A stretch of DNA of 64,000 nucleotides from an uncultured bacterium (lineage in GTDB: Bacteria > Dictyoglomota > Dictyoglomia > Dictyoglomales > Dictyoglomaceae), in assembly GCA_938034905.1 (NCBI GenBank), contig CALHLF010000010.1, positions 6,108 to 70,107 on the forward strand, read 5' to 3'. The notes beneath the pieces were generated by a model. It worked only from the letters and a program-made list of their open reading frames with translations. It was not told the DNA's origin and did no database searches. The translations under genes and the position numbers were made by a program. Of the stretch, positions 19,844 through 28,319 are shown piece by piece (position 1 is the stretch's first letter; each line of letters opens with the position of its first letter).

Positions 19844-20343
19844 TATAATTTAAAATCTCCTTCCTTTTTTAAATATTCTACTAATCCTCCTTCCTTTAAT
19901 ATCCTCACCATAATTTCTGGGAGTGGAGAAAATATCTCTATTTTTAGATTTTTAGTTTTATTAAAGATTTCACTATTAATTAGATTTATATATATTAAAT
20001 CACCATCATCAATTAAATCTGTATTGCATTCTAAAACAGGAAGCCCAACATTTATAGAGTTTCTAAAAAAAATCCTTGCAAAGCTCTTTGCCAGAACAGC
20101 ACCTATCCCAGCATGTTTAATAACTAAAGGTGCTTGCTCTCGAGACGAGCCACAACCAAAATTTTTCCCTGCCACCAATATATCTCCAGGAGTTATTTTT
20201 TCATAAAAATTTGGATAAATATCTTCCAAAAGGTGCTTTGCCATCTCCCTAAAATCTAAGGATTTAAATTTATATTTTCCAGATATTATATAATCCGTAT
20301 TTATATCATCTCCAAATTTATGAGCTTTTCCCTCAAAAATCAT
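19843..20343 (-). CDS. leuD: 3-isopropylmalate/homoaconitate dehydratase small subunit (archaeal-type)
   Basis: 166 aa with GDDINTDYIISGKY and GCGSSREQAP motifs. Confidence 0.85.
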   Translation of the reverse strand: MIFEGKAHKFGDDINTDYIISGKYKFKSLDFREMAKHLLEDIYPNFYEKITPGDILVAGKNFGCGSSREQAPLVIKHAGIGAVLAKSFARIFFRNSINVGLPVLECNTDLIDDGDLIYINLINSEIFNKTKNLKIEIFSPLPEIMVRILKEGGLVEYLKKEGDFKL

Positions 20344-20352
20344 TTCCTCCTC

Positions 20353-21609
20353 CTAATCTATAAACTCTAAGGGATTTGCAATTTCTCCCTTTATTGCAGA
20401 TGCAGTAACTGTTAAAGGAGAGGCTAAATATATAAAAGCTTTATTATTTCCCATTCTTCCTTTAAAGTTTCTATTTGCGGTAGAGATAATATTTTCTCCA
20501 TCCGCTGGAACTCCCTGATGAGTTCCTACACAGGGGCCACAACCAGGATTTACAACAACTGCTCCAGCAGAAAGAAATATTTCAATTAATCCTTCTTTTA
20601 ATGCCTGCAGATATATTTTCTTAGATGCTGGAGCTACAATCATCCTAACTCCTTTTGCTATCCTCTTCCCTTTAAGTAGTTCTGCAGAAAGTCTTAAATC
20701 TTCAAGTCTTCCATTGGTACATGTTCCCAAATATGCTTCTTGAATCTTAACTCTATCTACAGAAGATATAGGATATACATTGTCCACTTTATGGGGAAGA
20801 GCAATTTGAGGTTCCAAATTGCTTAGATCAAAAGTATATATAGCTGAAAAGTTTGCATCTTTATCAGAGAAAACCCCTTCCTCTATATAAATTCCAATTT
20901 CTTTTAAAAACTCCTTAGTCTTTTCATCAAAGGGCATTATTCCAGCTTTTGCCCCCATCTCTACCACCATATTTGCTATTGTAGCCCTTCCATCCATAGA
21001 GAGTTCCATAATTATTTCTCCTTCAAACTCTACAGCCTTATATGTAAGTCCATCTGCCTTAAAATATCCAACAAGATAGAGAATAATATCCTTTGCAGAT
21101 ACCCCTTTTCTTAATTTACCATTTAATATTATTTTTACTGTTTCTGGCACTTTAAACCACAGCTTCCCAGTATACATAGCAGAAGCAAGCTCACTGGATC
21201 CAACACCTGTAGCAAAACAATTTAAAGCCCCATAGGTACAAGTATGGGAATCTGCACCTATAATTAAACTACCAGGTAAGGCAAGACCTCTCTCCATAAA
21301 AACCTGATGGCAAACTCCTTCTCCAATCTCAGAAAGCTGAGTCTCATACTTCTCTGCAAAATCCCTCATCAATTTATGGAGATTTGCCACACCTTCATTA
21401 GGGGGAGGAGCAGAATGATCTAAAACCAATAAAACTTTTTCATTATTAATTACCTTTTTTCCTCCTAACTCTTCAAATACCCTTATAGCGAGGGGAGCGG
21501 TACCATCCTGCCCCATCAAAGCATCAACCCTCGCCACCACAATATCTCCTGCTTTTACAGATTTACCTGAATGATTAGAAAATATCTTCTCACTAATGGT
21601 TTTTCCCAT
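20353..21609 (-). CDS. leuC: 3-isopropylmalate/homoaconitate dehydratase large subunit (archaeal-type)
   Basis: 418 aa with aconitase Fe-S ligand motifs (GADSHTCTYG, GTCTNGR, CGPCVG, NRNFKGRMG). Confidence 0.9.
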   Translation of the reverse strand: MGKTISEKIFSNHSGKSVKAGDIVVARVDALMGQDGTAPLAIRVFEELGGKKVINNEKVLLVLDHSAPPPNEGVANLHKLMRDFAEKYETQLSEIGEGVCHQVFMERGLALPGSLIIGADSHTCTYGALNCFATGVGSSELASAMYTGKLWFKVPETVKIILNGKLRKGVSAKDIILYLVGYFKADGLTYKAVEFEGEIIMELSMDGRATIANMVVEMGAKAGIMPFDEKTKEFLKEIGIYIEEGVFSDKDANFSAIYTFDLSNLEPQIALPHKVDNVYPISSVDRVKIQEAYLGTCTNGRLEDLRLSAELLKGKRIAKGVRMIVAPASKKIYLQALKEGLIEIFLSAGAVVVNPGCGPCVGTHQGVPADGENIISTANRNFKGRMGNNKAFIYLASPLTVTASAIKGEIANPLEFID

Positions 21610-21611
21610 TT

Positions 21612-22760
21612 TTACACTCCCTTAGTCTCTGCCTTTTGCTTTAAATAATCTTGATATAAATACATAAGCTCTTTATCAAAAAGAGGTCTCTTAAGTTCTA
21701 CAGCTAAAGCTCTCACAGATTTTAGTAATTCTGTTGCCTCTTCCTCAGTTAATTGAATTCCATATTCTGAAAATTTTCTGATTAAAGCATGGGTTCCCGA
21801 ATGTTTACCTATTACTATTTGTCTTTCTCCTCCCACTTCTTCAGGAGAAAAGACTTCATAAGTTTTTGGATATTTAAGAACCCCATCTGCATGAATCCCA
21901 GACTCGTGGGCAAAAATATTTTTTCCTACAATGGTCTTATTCACTGGAAGTTCCCTTGCAGATGCCTTTGCAACATATTCACAGATTTCTTTAAGTTTAA
22001 AAGTCTTAATATCTAAATCTACATTGTATATATACTTAAGTGCCATCACAACCTCTTCTAATGCAGCATTTCCTGCTCTTTCTCCTAATCCGTTTACTGT
22101 TACCCCTACATATGTTGCTCCTGCCTTAACACCTGCTAAGGTATTGGCGGTTGCCATACCAAAATCGTTATGGGTATGCATCTCCACAGGAATTCCAACC
22201 TCGTCTACTATTTTTTTAATAATTTCATAGGTGGTAAATGGTTCTAAAATGCCCACAGTATCACAAAATCTTAGCCTATCTGCTCCTGCCTGTTTTGCTA
22301 ATCTTGCAAACTCCAAGAGAAACTCCAAATCTGTTCTTGACGCATCTTCAGCATTTACAGATACATATACTCCATGTTTCTTAGCAAATTCACAGGCTTT
22401 TACCATATTTTCTAATACCCATTCCCTAGTCTTTCTTAATTTATATTTTATATGTATATCTGAGGTAGAAATAGAAATTGCCACAGCATCAACCCCACAT
22501 CTTAAAGATGCTTCAATATCGCTAATAACTGCTCTATTCCATCCCATTATACTTGCTTTAAGTCCTGATTTTACAATTGTTTTTATAGCTTCCTCTTCAT
22601 CCCCTCCCATAACAGGTATTCCAGCCTCAATTTGATGTACTCCCAACTCATCTAACATTTTTGCAATTTGTACCTTTTCTGTTTTAGAAAAAACTACTCC
22701 AGCAGTCTGTTCTCCATCCCTCAATGTCGTATCAACAATTTTTATCTCTTCTTTTTTCAT
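21612..22760 (-). CDS. homocitrate synthase family protein (NifV/AksA-like, short form lacking the LeuA regulatory domain)
   Basis: 382 aa with DTTLRDGEQTAGVVF, HTHNDFGMATANTLAG and HESGIHADG. No C-terminal LeuA-dimer domain. Confidence 0.85.
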   Translation of the reverse strand: MKKEEIKIVDTTLRDGEQTAGVVFSKTEKVQIAKMLDELGVHQIEAGIPVMGGDEEEAIKTIVKSGLKASIMGWNRAVISDIEASLRCGVDAVAISISTSDIHIKYKLRKTREWVLENMVKACEFAKKHGVYVSVNAEDASRTDLEFLLEFARLAKQAGADRLRFCDTVGILEPFTTYEIIKKIVDEVGIPVEMHTHNDFGMATANTLAGVKAGATYVGVTVNGLGERAGNAALEEVVMALKYIYNVDLDIKTFKLKEICEYVAKASARELPVNKTIVGKNIFAHESGIHADGVLKYPKTYEVFSPEEVGGERQIVIGKHSGTHALIRKFSEYGIQLTEEEATELLKSVRALAVELKRPLFDKELMYLYQDYLKQKAETKGV

Positions 22761-22798
22761 ATTTAAACCTCCTTAATTTTTAAAAATTACAAAAAAAC

Positions 22799-22830
22799 AA
22801 GGTGCTTTGGAGATGCTTCCAAAGCACCTT
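22799..22830. terminator. 13-bp-stem hairpin with T-runs on both strands, located in the 5' leader of the homocitrate-synthase operon
   Basis: AAGGTGCTTTGGA gatgct TCCAAAGCACCTT. On the minus strand it is followed by GTTTTTTTG, and on the plus strand by TGCTTTTTTC. Confidence 0.6.
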
Positions 22831-22945
22831 TGCTTTTTTCTAATAATTTTTCTTTCAGAGATATTATATCACACTCGTCTTTAAGTTTAAACTTCCTAAC
22901 AAATATGATATACTAAAGAAAAATCTAATAAGGGGGTAATAATAA

Positions 22946-23221
22946 ATGGCAAAGGGATTCTCTGGTAAATCAAGAAGACTCGCTGTTCTTTATTGTATCT
23001 TTTTAGGAATTTTTGGAGCCCATAGGTTTTATATAGGGAAAATGGGGACAGGACTTCTTATGTTATTTATCGGATTTATGGGAATAATCCTTTCTATAAT
23101 TTTAAAAATGTTTTATTGGTATCTTTTTCTCCCTTTAGGAATATGGATATTAATTGATCTCATACTTCTTCTTTTAGGTAAAATGAAGGATATTGATGGA
23201 AATTTAGTTTGGAAATGGTAA
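22946..23221 (+). CDS. TM2 domain-containing membrane protein
   Basis: 91 aa with FLGIFGAHRFYIGK and WILIDLILLLLGKMKDIDG, typical of TM2. Confidence 0.75.
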   Translation: MAKGFSGKSRRLAVLYCIFLGIFGAHRFYIGKMGTGLLMLFIGFMGIILSIILKMFYWYLFLPLGIWILIDLILLLLGKMKDIDGNLVWKW

Positions 23222-23228
23222 AATTTGA

Positions 23229-23777
23229 TTATTTAATTTTTCCTCTCCATTTTAAATTTTTCATTCCATTTAAAAATTCTGGAATCTTTTCCTTCGGAAA
23301 TCTTGGCCATGTTATAATGATGAGAAAAATAAGATATAAAATAATAAGAATTCCATAATTGAAAAGATTTCTAAAAGCAGTATAGATCATCATACCATAA
23401 GGAACTGCTTGAAATCCTTGTGCCAATTGTTCAGATGGAAAAGCCCAAAGTCCTAAAAAAGTTATTATCAGAAAAATTATAGTGAGAGATAGAGATATAA
23501 ATTTACTAAAGGTAAGATAAAGAAGAACACCAAAGGAGACAGTCATATCTGCATGGAGATCGTGAGCTCCAATCCATGTTTGATAGTTAACCTTAGAGCT
23601 TCTTGCAAAAAATCCATCTAATATATCAGTAAACCATGCAATTATGAGCCAGAGGATTGCAGAGGGAAGCCCAGCTTTCCCTTGAGAAAATCCTATAAAT
23701 CCAATCCAAAAACCTATTAAAAATCTTGATAAGGTAAGGGAGTCTGCTAATAACTTTACATAAACCATAACTTTCAC
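23229..23777 (-). CDS. CDP-alcohol phosphatidyltransferase family protein
   Basis: Multi-TM, 182 aa, with DILDGFFAR....GAHDLHAD resembling the DG..AR...G...D...D motif. Confidence 0.65.
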   Translation of the reverse strand: MKVMVYVKLLADSLTLSRFLIGFWIGFIGFSQGKAGLPSAILWLIIAWFTDILDGFFARSSKVNYQTWIGAHDLHADMTVSFGVLLYLTFSKFISLSLTIIFLIITFLGLWAFPSEQLAQGFQAVPYGMMIYTAFRNLFNYGILIILYLIFLIIITWPRFPKEKIPEFLNGMKNLKWRGKIK

Positions 23778-23807
23778 CCCCTTTTTTTAAAAGATTTTAA
23801 CATATTT

Positions 23808-23823
23808 TGTGATAAAAATCACT
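23808..23823. promoter_or_regulatory. CRP-type palindromic box TGTGATAAAAATCACt
   Basis: Perfect GTGAT-N4-ATCAC. Its centre lies 29.5 nt upstream of the TATAAT at 23845-23850, which is class-II (-41.5) geometry. No -35 hexamer is present. Confidence 0.5.
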
Positions 23824-23882
23824 TTTTACAAAAAAGAAATTTTGTATAATAAGGCATAAAGATAAAGAGGGAGGTTAATAAT

Positions 23883-25931
23883 ATGAAGAGACTAATATTT
23901 ACCTTGATAATTCTTGCATTTTCTATATCTTTTTCCCTTTCTCAACAAATATCTATTCAGGAAAAACCACCTTCTCCTTCTTGGGAAAAGATTATTATTG
24001 TTCCTAATCCAGAAACAAAATTAAAATTAGATTTGTGGCTGAATAAACCTGAAGGAAGTATATATAGAGTCGGAGAGGAACTAAAAATATTTGTAAGGGC
24101 AAATGATGATGTACATTTATATATATTTGATTTAACTCCTGATGGAGATTTTAAATTAATTTTTCCCAATATGTATTCAGGGAATAATTTTATAAAAAAG
24201 AATCAAACATATACATTTCCCGATAAACCCACATACAGTTTTAAAATAAGCCCTCCAGGAGGGAAAGAATTTATTGTAGGAATAATATCTAAAAAACCAT
24301 TAAATTTATTTCCAGGAAAAAGATTAGAAGTTTTGAGACCCGGCGAATCCTTGGAGAAAAATATTGAGAAAGCATTAAAAAACATTGAGAGGGTTTTAAT
24401 TGAAGAGAAAAAGGAAGCTTGGGCTCAAGCGGTAACATATTTTTATGTTCAAGAAATAGTAACTCAAGGTAGAGTAAAAATTAACTCAAATCCTTCAAGG
24501 GCACAAGTATATATTAATAATGAATACAAAGGACTTACTCCTCTCTCTTTAATCCTTCCTGAGGGAAGCTACAGAGTTCTTGCTAAGTTAGAAGGATATA
24601 AAGACTATGAGACTACAATTATAGTAGAAGGTAATAAAGAAAAGGAATATACTTTTAATCTTTCTCCAAGATATGGTAATTTGAGAATAGAATCTAAACC
24701 TTCTGGGGCAGAGGTATATATCGATGGAGTATATAGAGGAAAAACCCCATTAACTATAAAAAATCTTTTAGCAAAAACCTATGAGTTAAAATTGACCTAC
24801 CCAGGATATAGCGATATAGTGGAGAAAGTCGAGATTAAAGAGGGAATTGAAACAAGAGTAAGTTTATCTTTACTTCCCGCCGTTGGAAGTCTTAGTATAA
24901 ATTCAAGTCCCTCAGGAGCAGAGGTATATCTTAATGGGGTTTATAGAGGGCTTACTCCTTTACTTATCTCAAATCTTTACCCTGGAACTTATCAAATCCA
25001 ATTGAGAAAAAGCGGTTATAAAGATTTTATAAGTTCTATAAATGTAATACCAGGAACCACTTCTTCTTATAATTTCACTTTAATACCCCTCTTGGGAACA
25101 ATAAATATATTTTCTAATCCATCAGGTGCTGAGGTATATATTGATAGAGTATATAAAGGGAAAACTCCCCTTTCCCTCACTGATATTCCCTCTGGAACCT
25201 ATGACCTTAGAATAACTCTTTCAGGCTATGAAGAATATTTTGAGAGAATAACCCTCGCTCCAGGAGAAGTAAAACAAGTAAGTGTAAATCTTAAACCTTT
25301 ATATGGAGAGGTATTTATTGATTCAAAACCTCAAGGAGCAAAGGTTTATATAGATGGAAAATATCAAGGAACAACTCCAATTACCCTAAATCTTTTTGAA
25401 GGAAAATATAGCCTTATCTTAAGCCTTTCTGGATACTCTGATTTAAGTACTGAAATTAATGTCAAGAGTAAAGAAAGGAATAATTTTGTATTTGTTCTCT
25501 CTCCTATAGAGGTTCCCACTAATATTTATTATCTCAACTTTACTAAGGGCACTTACGATGGAAATCTTGTAATAACAAAATTAGAGAAATCCATTCTCAA
25601 TAAAGAGGATGGAGTTTATAACTTGACTATCTTTCCTTCAGGAATCTTAGAAACAAAAATTCCTCTCTTCAAATTTAAGAAGATATTATTAAAGATAAAT
25701 TTCTTAATAACTCCCGATAATAAAGGAGTTATAAATCCAATATTTGAGATAATTCTTAATGGAAGACCTATAACATTACCCTTTGCTATTGAGGGTAGGG
25801 AATATTTTAATGTAAAATGGGATATAACTTCTTATTGGCTACAAGATAGAGAAAATATTTTAACCTTACAAGTAGATAAGAAGGTAGAAGGAAGCTTAAA
25901 AATAAAAGAGATTATAATAGAAGGGAGATAA
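23883..25931 (+). CDS. secreted DUF4384 + 5x PEGA-domain protein
   Basis: Signal peptide. The N-terminal region (LYIFDLTPDGDFKLIFPN) is DUF4384-like. Five ~69-aa repeats follow, each with S.PSGAEVYIDG.Y.G.TPL...L..G.Y. Confidence 0.8.
   Translation: MKRLIFTLIILAFSISFSLSQQISIQEKPPSPSWEKIIIVPNPETKLKLDLWLNKPEGSIYRVGEELKIFVRANDDVHLYIFDLTPDGDFKLIFPNMYSGNNFIKKNQTYTFPDKPTYSFKISPPGGKEFIVGIISKKPLNLFPGKRLEVLRPGESLEKNIEKALKNIERVLIEEKKEAWAQAVTYFYVQEIVTQGRVKINSNPSRAQVYINNEYKGLTPLSLILPEGSYRVLAKLEGYKDYETTIIVEGNKEKEYTFNLSPRYGNLRIESKPSGAEVYIDGVYRGKTPLTIKNLLAKTYELKLTYPGYSDIVEKVEIKEGIETRVSLSLLPAVGSLSINSSPSGAEVYLNGVYRGLTPLLISNLYPGTYQIQLRKSGYKDFISSINVIPGTTSSYNFTLIPLLGTINIFSNPSGAEVYIDRVYKGKTPLSLTDIPSGTYDLRITLSGYEEYFERITLAPGEVKQVSVNLKPLYGEVFIDSKPQGAKVYIDGKYQGTTPITLNLFEGKYSLILSLSGYSDLSTEINVKSKERNNFVFVLSPIEVPTNIYYLNFTKGTYDGNLVITKLEKSILNKEDGVYNLTIFPSGILETKIPLFKFKKILLKINFLITPDNKGVINPIFEIILNGRPITLPFAIEGREYFNVKWDITSYWLQDRENILTLQVDKKVEGSLKIKEIIIEGR
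24468..25505 (+). repeat. five tandem ~207-bp coding repeats (PEGA domains)
   Basis: Repeated peptide blocks starting GRVKINSNPSRAQVYINNEY, GNLRIESKPSGAEVYIDGVY, GSLSINSSPSGAEVYLNGVY, GTINIFSNPSGAEVYIDRVY and GEVFIDSKPQGAKVYIDGKY. Confidence 0.85.
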
Positions 25932-25943
25932 GGAATATTTTAA

Positions 25944-26465
25944 ATGAAATTATGTCCTTGTTGTAATGTGGAGTTAATTCCTAAAAATGTTCCCACATAT
26001 TATGGAAGGTATTTAGAAGTTGACCAATGTCCAAATTGTTATGGAATTTGGTTTGATAAATGGGAATTAGTTGCCCTTAATCCAGAGGGAACAAGAGATT
26101 TAGAATACAGGGATATTCAGTCCATCTCTTGTTCCCCAACCCTCTGTCCCAACGATCAAGTTCCTCTAAAACCATTAAAAGATCCTCTAATTCCTAAGGA
26201 TATTGATATCTATTATTGTCCAAAATGTCTTGGTACTTGGGTTTCTATTGAAGATTTATTAAAGTATAAAGAATTTCAGAAGAAGAAAATGCATACTAAG
26301 GAACAAAAGGAAGAATCTTCAAAGGAATTGGAAGAAAAAATTGAAAGGTTATTATCTTATCAGGAAACAAAAAATAATGAGATGGAGAATTTAGAAGAAA
26401 AAATTGCTGGAGCAGTTTCTATAATCTTAGTAATTTTAAGAATTCTCTCTAAATTTTTAAAATAG
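25944..26465 (+). CDS. tail-anchored double zinc-ribbon protein (zf-TFIIB-like ribbons + coiled coil + C-terminal TM)
   Basis: CPCC..(19)..CPNCYGIWFDKWEL and CPND..(21)..CPKCLGTWVSIEDL, then a charged coil and a hydrophobic C-terminus (AGAVSIILVILRIL). Confidence 0.6.
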   Translation: MKLCPCCNVELIPKNVPTYYGRYLEVDQCPNCYGIWFDKWELVALNPEGTRDLEYRDIQSISCSPTLCPNDQVPLKPLKDPLIPKDIDIYYCPKCLGTWVSIEDLLKYKEFQKKKMHTKEQKEESSKELEEKIERLLSYQETKNNEMENLEEKIAGAVSIILVILRILSKFLK

Positions 26466-26480
26466 TAAGGGAGGTCACCT

Positions 26481-27470
26481 ATGAAAGATTGGTTAAATTT
26501 TCCCAACTTTCCCAGGAATCAATTTTCCTTTAAAAGCATTTTAACCCTTATAATAATGATTCTCTTAATAATTATAATTGCAGGAAGTTTTTATTTTGTT
26601 GGTCCTGCAGAAGTTGGCATATTAAAAAGATTTGGAAAAATTATTGGAGTTTATGGGCCTGGACTCCATTGGAAAATCCCCATTATAGATTCGACCATTA
26701 AAATTGATGTTGCAGCAATAAGAAGATTGGAGATAGGATTTAGAACTATAACCTTAGGTCCTCCTGCAAAATATCAAGATGTACAAGAAGAATCTCTTCT
26801 CCTTACAAAGGATGGTAAAATTGTAGATTTAGATTTTGTGGTTCAATATCAAATTTCTGATCCCGTTAAATTTCTTATGTATATAAAAGAAGCAGAAAAA
26901 CTTCTAAAAGATTTAGCCCAAGCTTCTATGAGACAAGTAGTCGGAAATTTCTTATTTGATGAAATTCTAACAGTATCAAAGGATGAGATACAAAATAACG
27001 TAAAAATTATTCTTCAAGATATTTTAAATAAAAATAATTTTGGAATCAAAATTTTAAATGTTCAACTTCAAGATGTTATCCCTCCAACACCTGTACAATC
27101 TGCATTCCAAGAGGTAATTAATGCAAAATCTGAGAAGGATAAATTAATTTTAGAGGCTCAGGCTTATTACAACCAAATTGTTCTTGAAGCAGAAGGTCAA
27201 GCTGCAAAAATTATTGCAGAGGCAGAAGCTTATAAAAATGAACAGATTGAAAGAGCAAAGGGAGATGCCCAAAGATTTAAAGCTCTCTTAGAAAGATATA
27301 CTAAAGCTCCATCTCTTATAAAAACAAAATTGTATATGGAAGCTTTAGAAATGATACTTCCTCAAACTAGAATAATAGTTATTGATGATCCAAAGGGAAG
27401 CATTAAAATACTTAATTTTCCTTCGGATATTTTCACAAAAACTATGACCCTTCAAGAAGGAGGAAGGTAG
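26481..27470 (+). CDS. hflK: FtsH protease modulator HflK (SPFH/band-7)
   Basis: N-terminal TM and SPFH domain (VGPAEVGILKRFGK), with an alanine/glutamate-rich coiled coil (EAQAYYNQIVLEAEGQAAKIIAEAEAYK). Confidence 0.9.
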   Translation: MKDWLNFPNFPRNQFSFKSILTLIIMILLIIIIAGSFYFVGPAEVGILKRFGKIIGVYGPGLHWKIPIIDSTIKIDVAAIRRLEIGFRTITLGPPAKYQDVQEESLLLTKDGKIVDLDFVVQYQISDPVKFLMYIKEAEKLLKDLAQASMRQVVGNFLFDEILTVSKDEIQNNVKIILQDILNKNNFGIKILNVQLQDVIPPTPVQSAFQEVINAKSEKDKLILEAQAYYNQIVLEAEGQAAKIIAEAEAYKNEQIERAKGDAQRFKALLERYTKAPSLIKTKLYMEALEMILPQTRIIVIDDPKGSIKILNFPSDIFTKTMTLQEGGR

Positions 27471-27472
27471 AA

Positions 27473-28318
27473 ATGAAATACATTTTTACGATAATAATTT
27501 TAATTATCCTTTTCTTTGCTTTTATTATATCCATTTTTGTGGTAGATGTAACAAAGCAAGCAATAGTTATGGAATTTGGAAAACCCATTAGGGTTATAAG
27601 AGAACCTGGATTATATTTTAAAAAGCCCTTTATCCAGGAAGTAGTATATTTTGAAAAAAGAATATTAGAATACGATTCAGAACCTACCTTTGTGGTCACT
27701 AAGGATAAGAAATCTTTGATTTTAGACTCCTTTTCCCTTTTCAGAATCTTAGATCCTCTCTTATTCCTTAAAACTGTAAGGGATGAAACTGGAGCTCAGG
27801 CAAGATTAGATGACATTATTTATAGTGAAATGAGAAGAGTTGTAGGACAATATGATTTTGATGATATAGTTTCTGGAAGAAGGGAAGAGGTCTTTGAAGA
27901 GGTAACAAGATCATCAAAATTAAAGGCAATGGAATTGGGAATTGAGATAAATACTGTGAGGATGAAAAGAGTAACAGTCCCTCAGGAAAATCTTAGAAAA
28001 ATCTACGACTCTATGATAGCAGAAAGACAAAGACAAGCATCATTATATAGAGCAGAAGGGCAAAGAGAAGCTCAAAGGATAAAATCAGAGGCAGAAAAGA
28101 AAAAAGCTATCATTTTAGCATCTGCATATAAAAGGGCACAAGAATTAAAAGGAGAAGGAGAGGCAGAAGCAGGAAAGATTTTACAATCTGCCCTATCTAC
28201 AAACCCAGAATTTTACCAATTCTTAAGAACCTTAGAGGTTTATAAAAGGGCACTTCCTGGAAATGTCTTAATTATAACTCCAGACTCTGAAATTTTTAGA
28301 TATTTAAGGGGAAAATAA
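27473..28318 (+). CDS. hflC: FtsH protease modulator HflC (SPFH/band-7)
   Basis: N-terminal TM, SPFH domain, and RAEGQREAQRIKSEAEKK coil. Starts 2 nt after hflK. Confidence 0.9.
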   Translation: MKYIFTIIILIILFFAFIISIFVVDVTKQAIVMEFGKPIRVIREPGLYFKKPFIQEVVYFEKRILEYDSEPTFVVTKDKKSLILDSFSLFRILDPLLFLKTVRDETGAQARLDDIIYSEMRRVVGQYDFDDIVSGRREEVFEEVTRSSKLKAMELGIEINTVRMKRVTVPQENLRKIYDSMIAERQRQASLYRAEGQREAQRIKSEAEKKKAIILASAYKRAQELKGEGEAEAGKILQSALSTNPEFYQFLRTLEVYKRALPGNVLIITPDSEIFRYLRGK

Positions 28319-28319
28319 G

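Noticed and set aside
22231-22635. 134-aa plus-strand ORF, and similar antisense ORFs (21789-22230, 30008-30403, 32460-32876, 14145-14813, 5780-6079, 7346-7715, 63097-63458)
   Set aside because: All lie antisense or out of frame inside strongly supported conserved genes (homocitrate synthase, crp, rqcH, fhs, gyrA, rubrerythrin). None has an RBS or a recognisable motif.
24468-25505. Regularly spaced ~207-bp repeats that could be mistaken for a repeat array
   Set aside because: They are in-frame, imperfect coding repeats of PEGA domains within one long ORF. They lack the short identical repeats and unique spacers of a CRISPR array.
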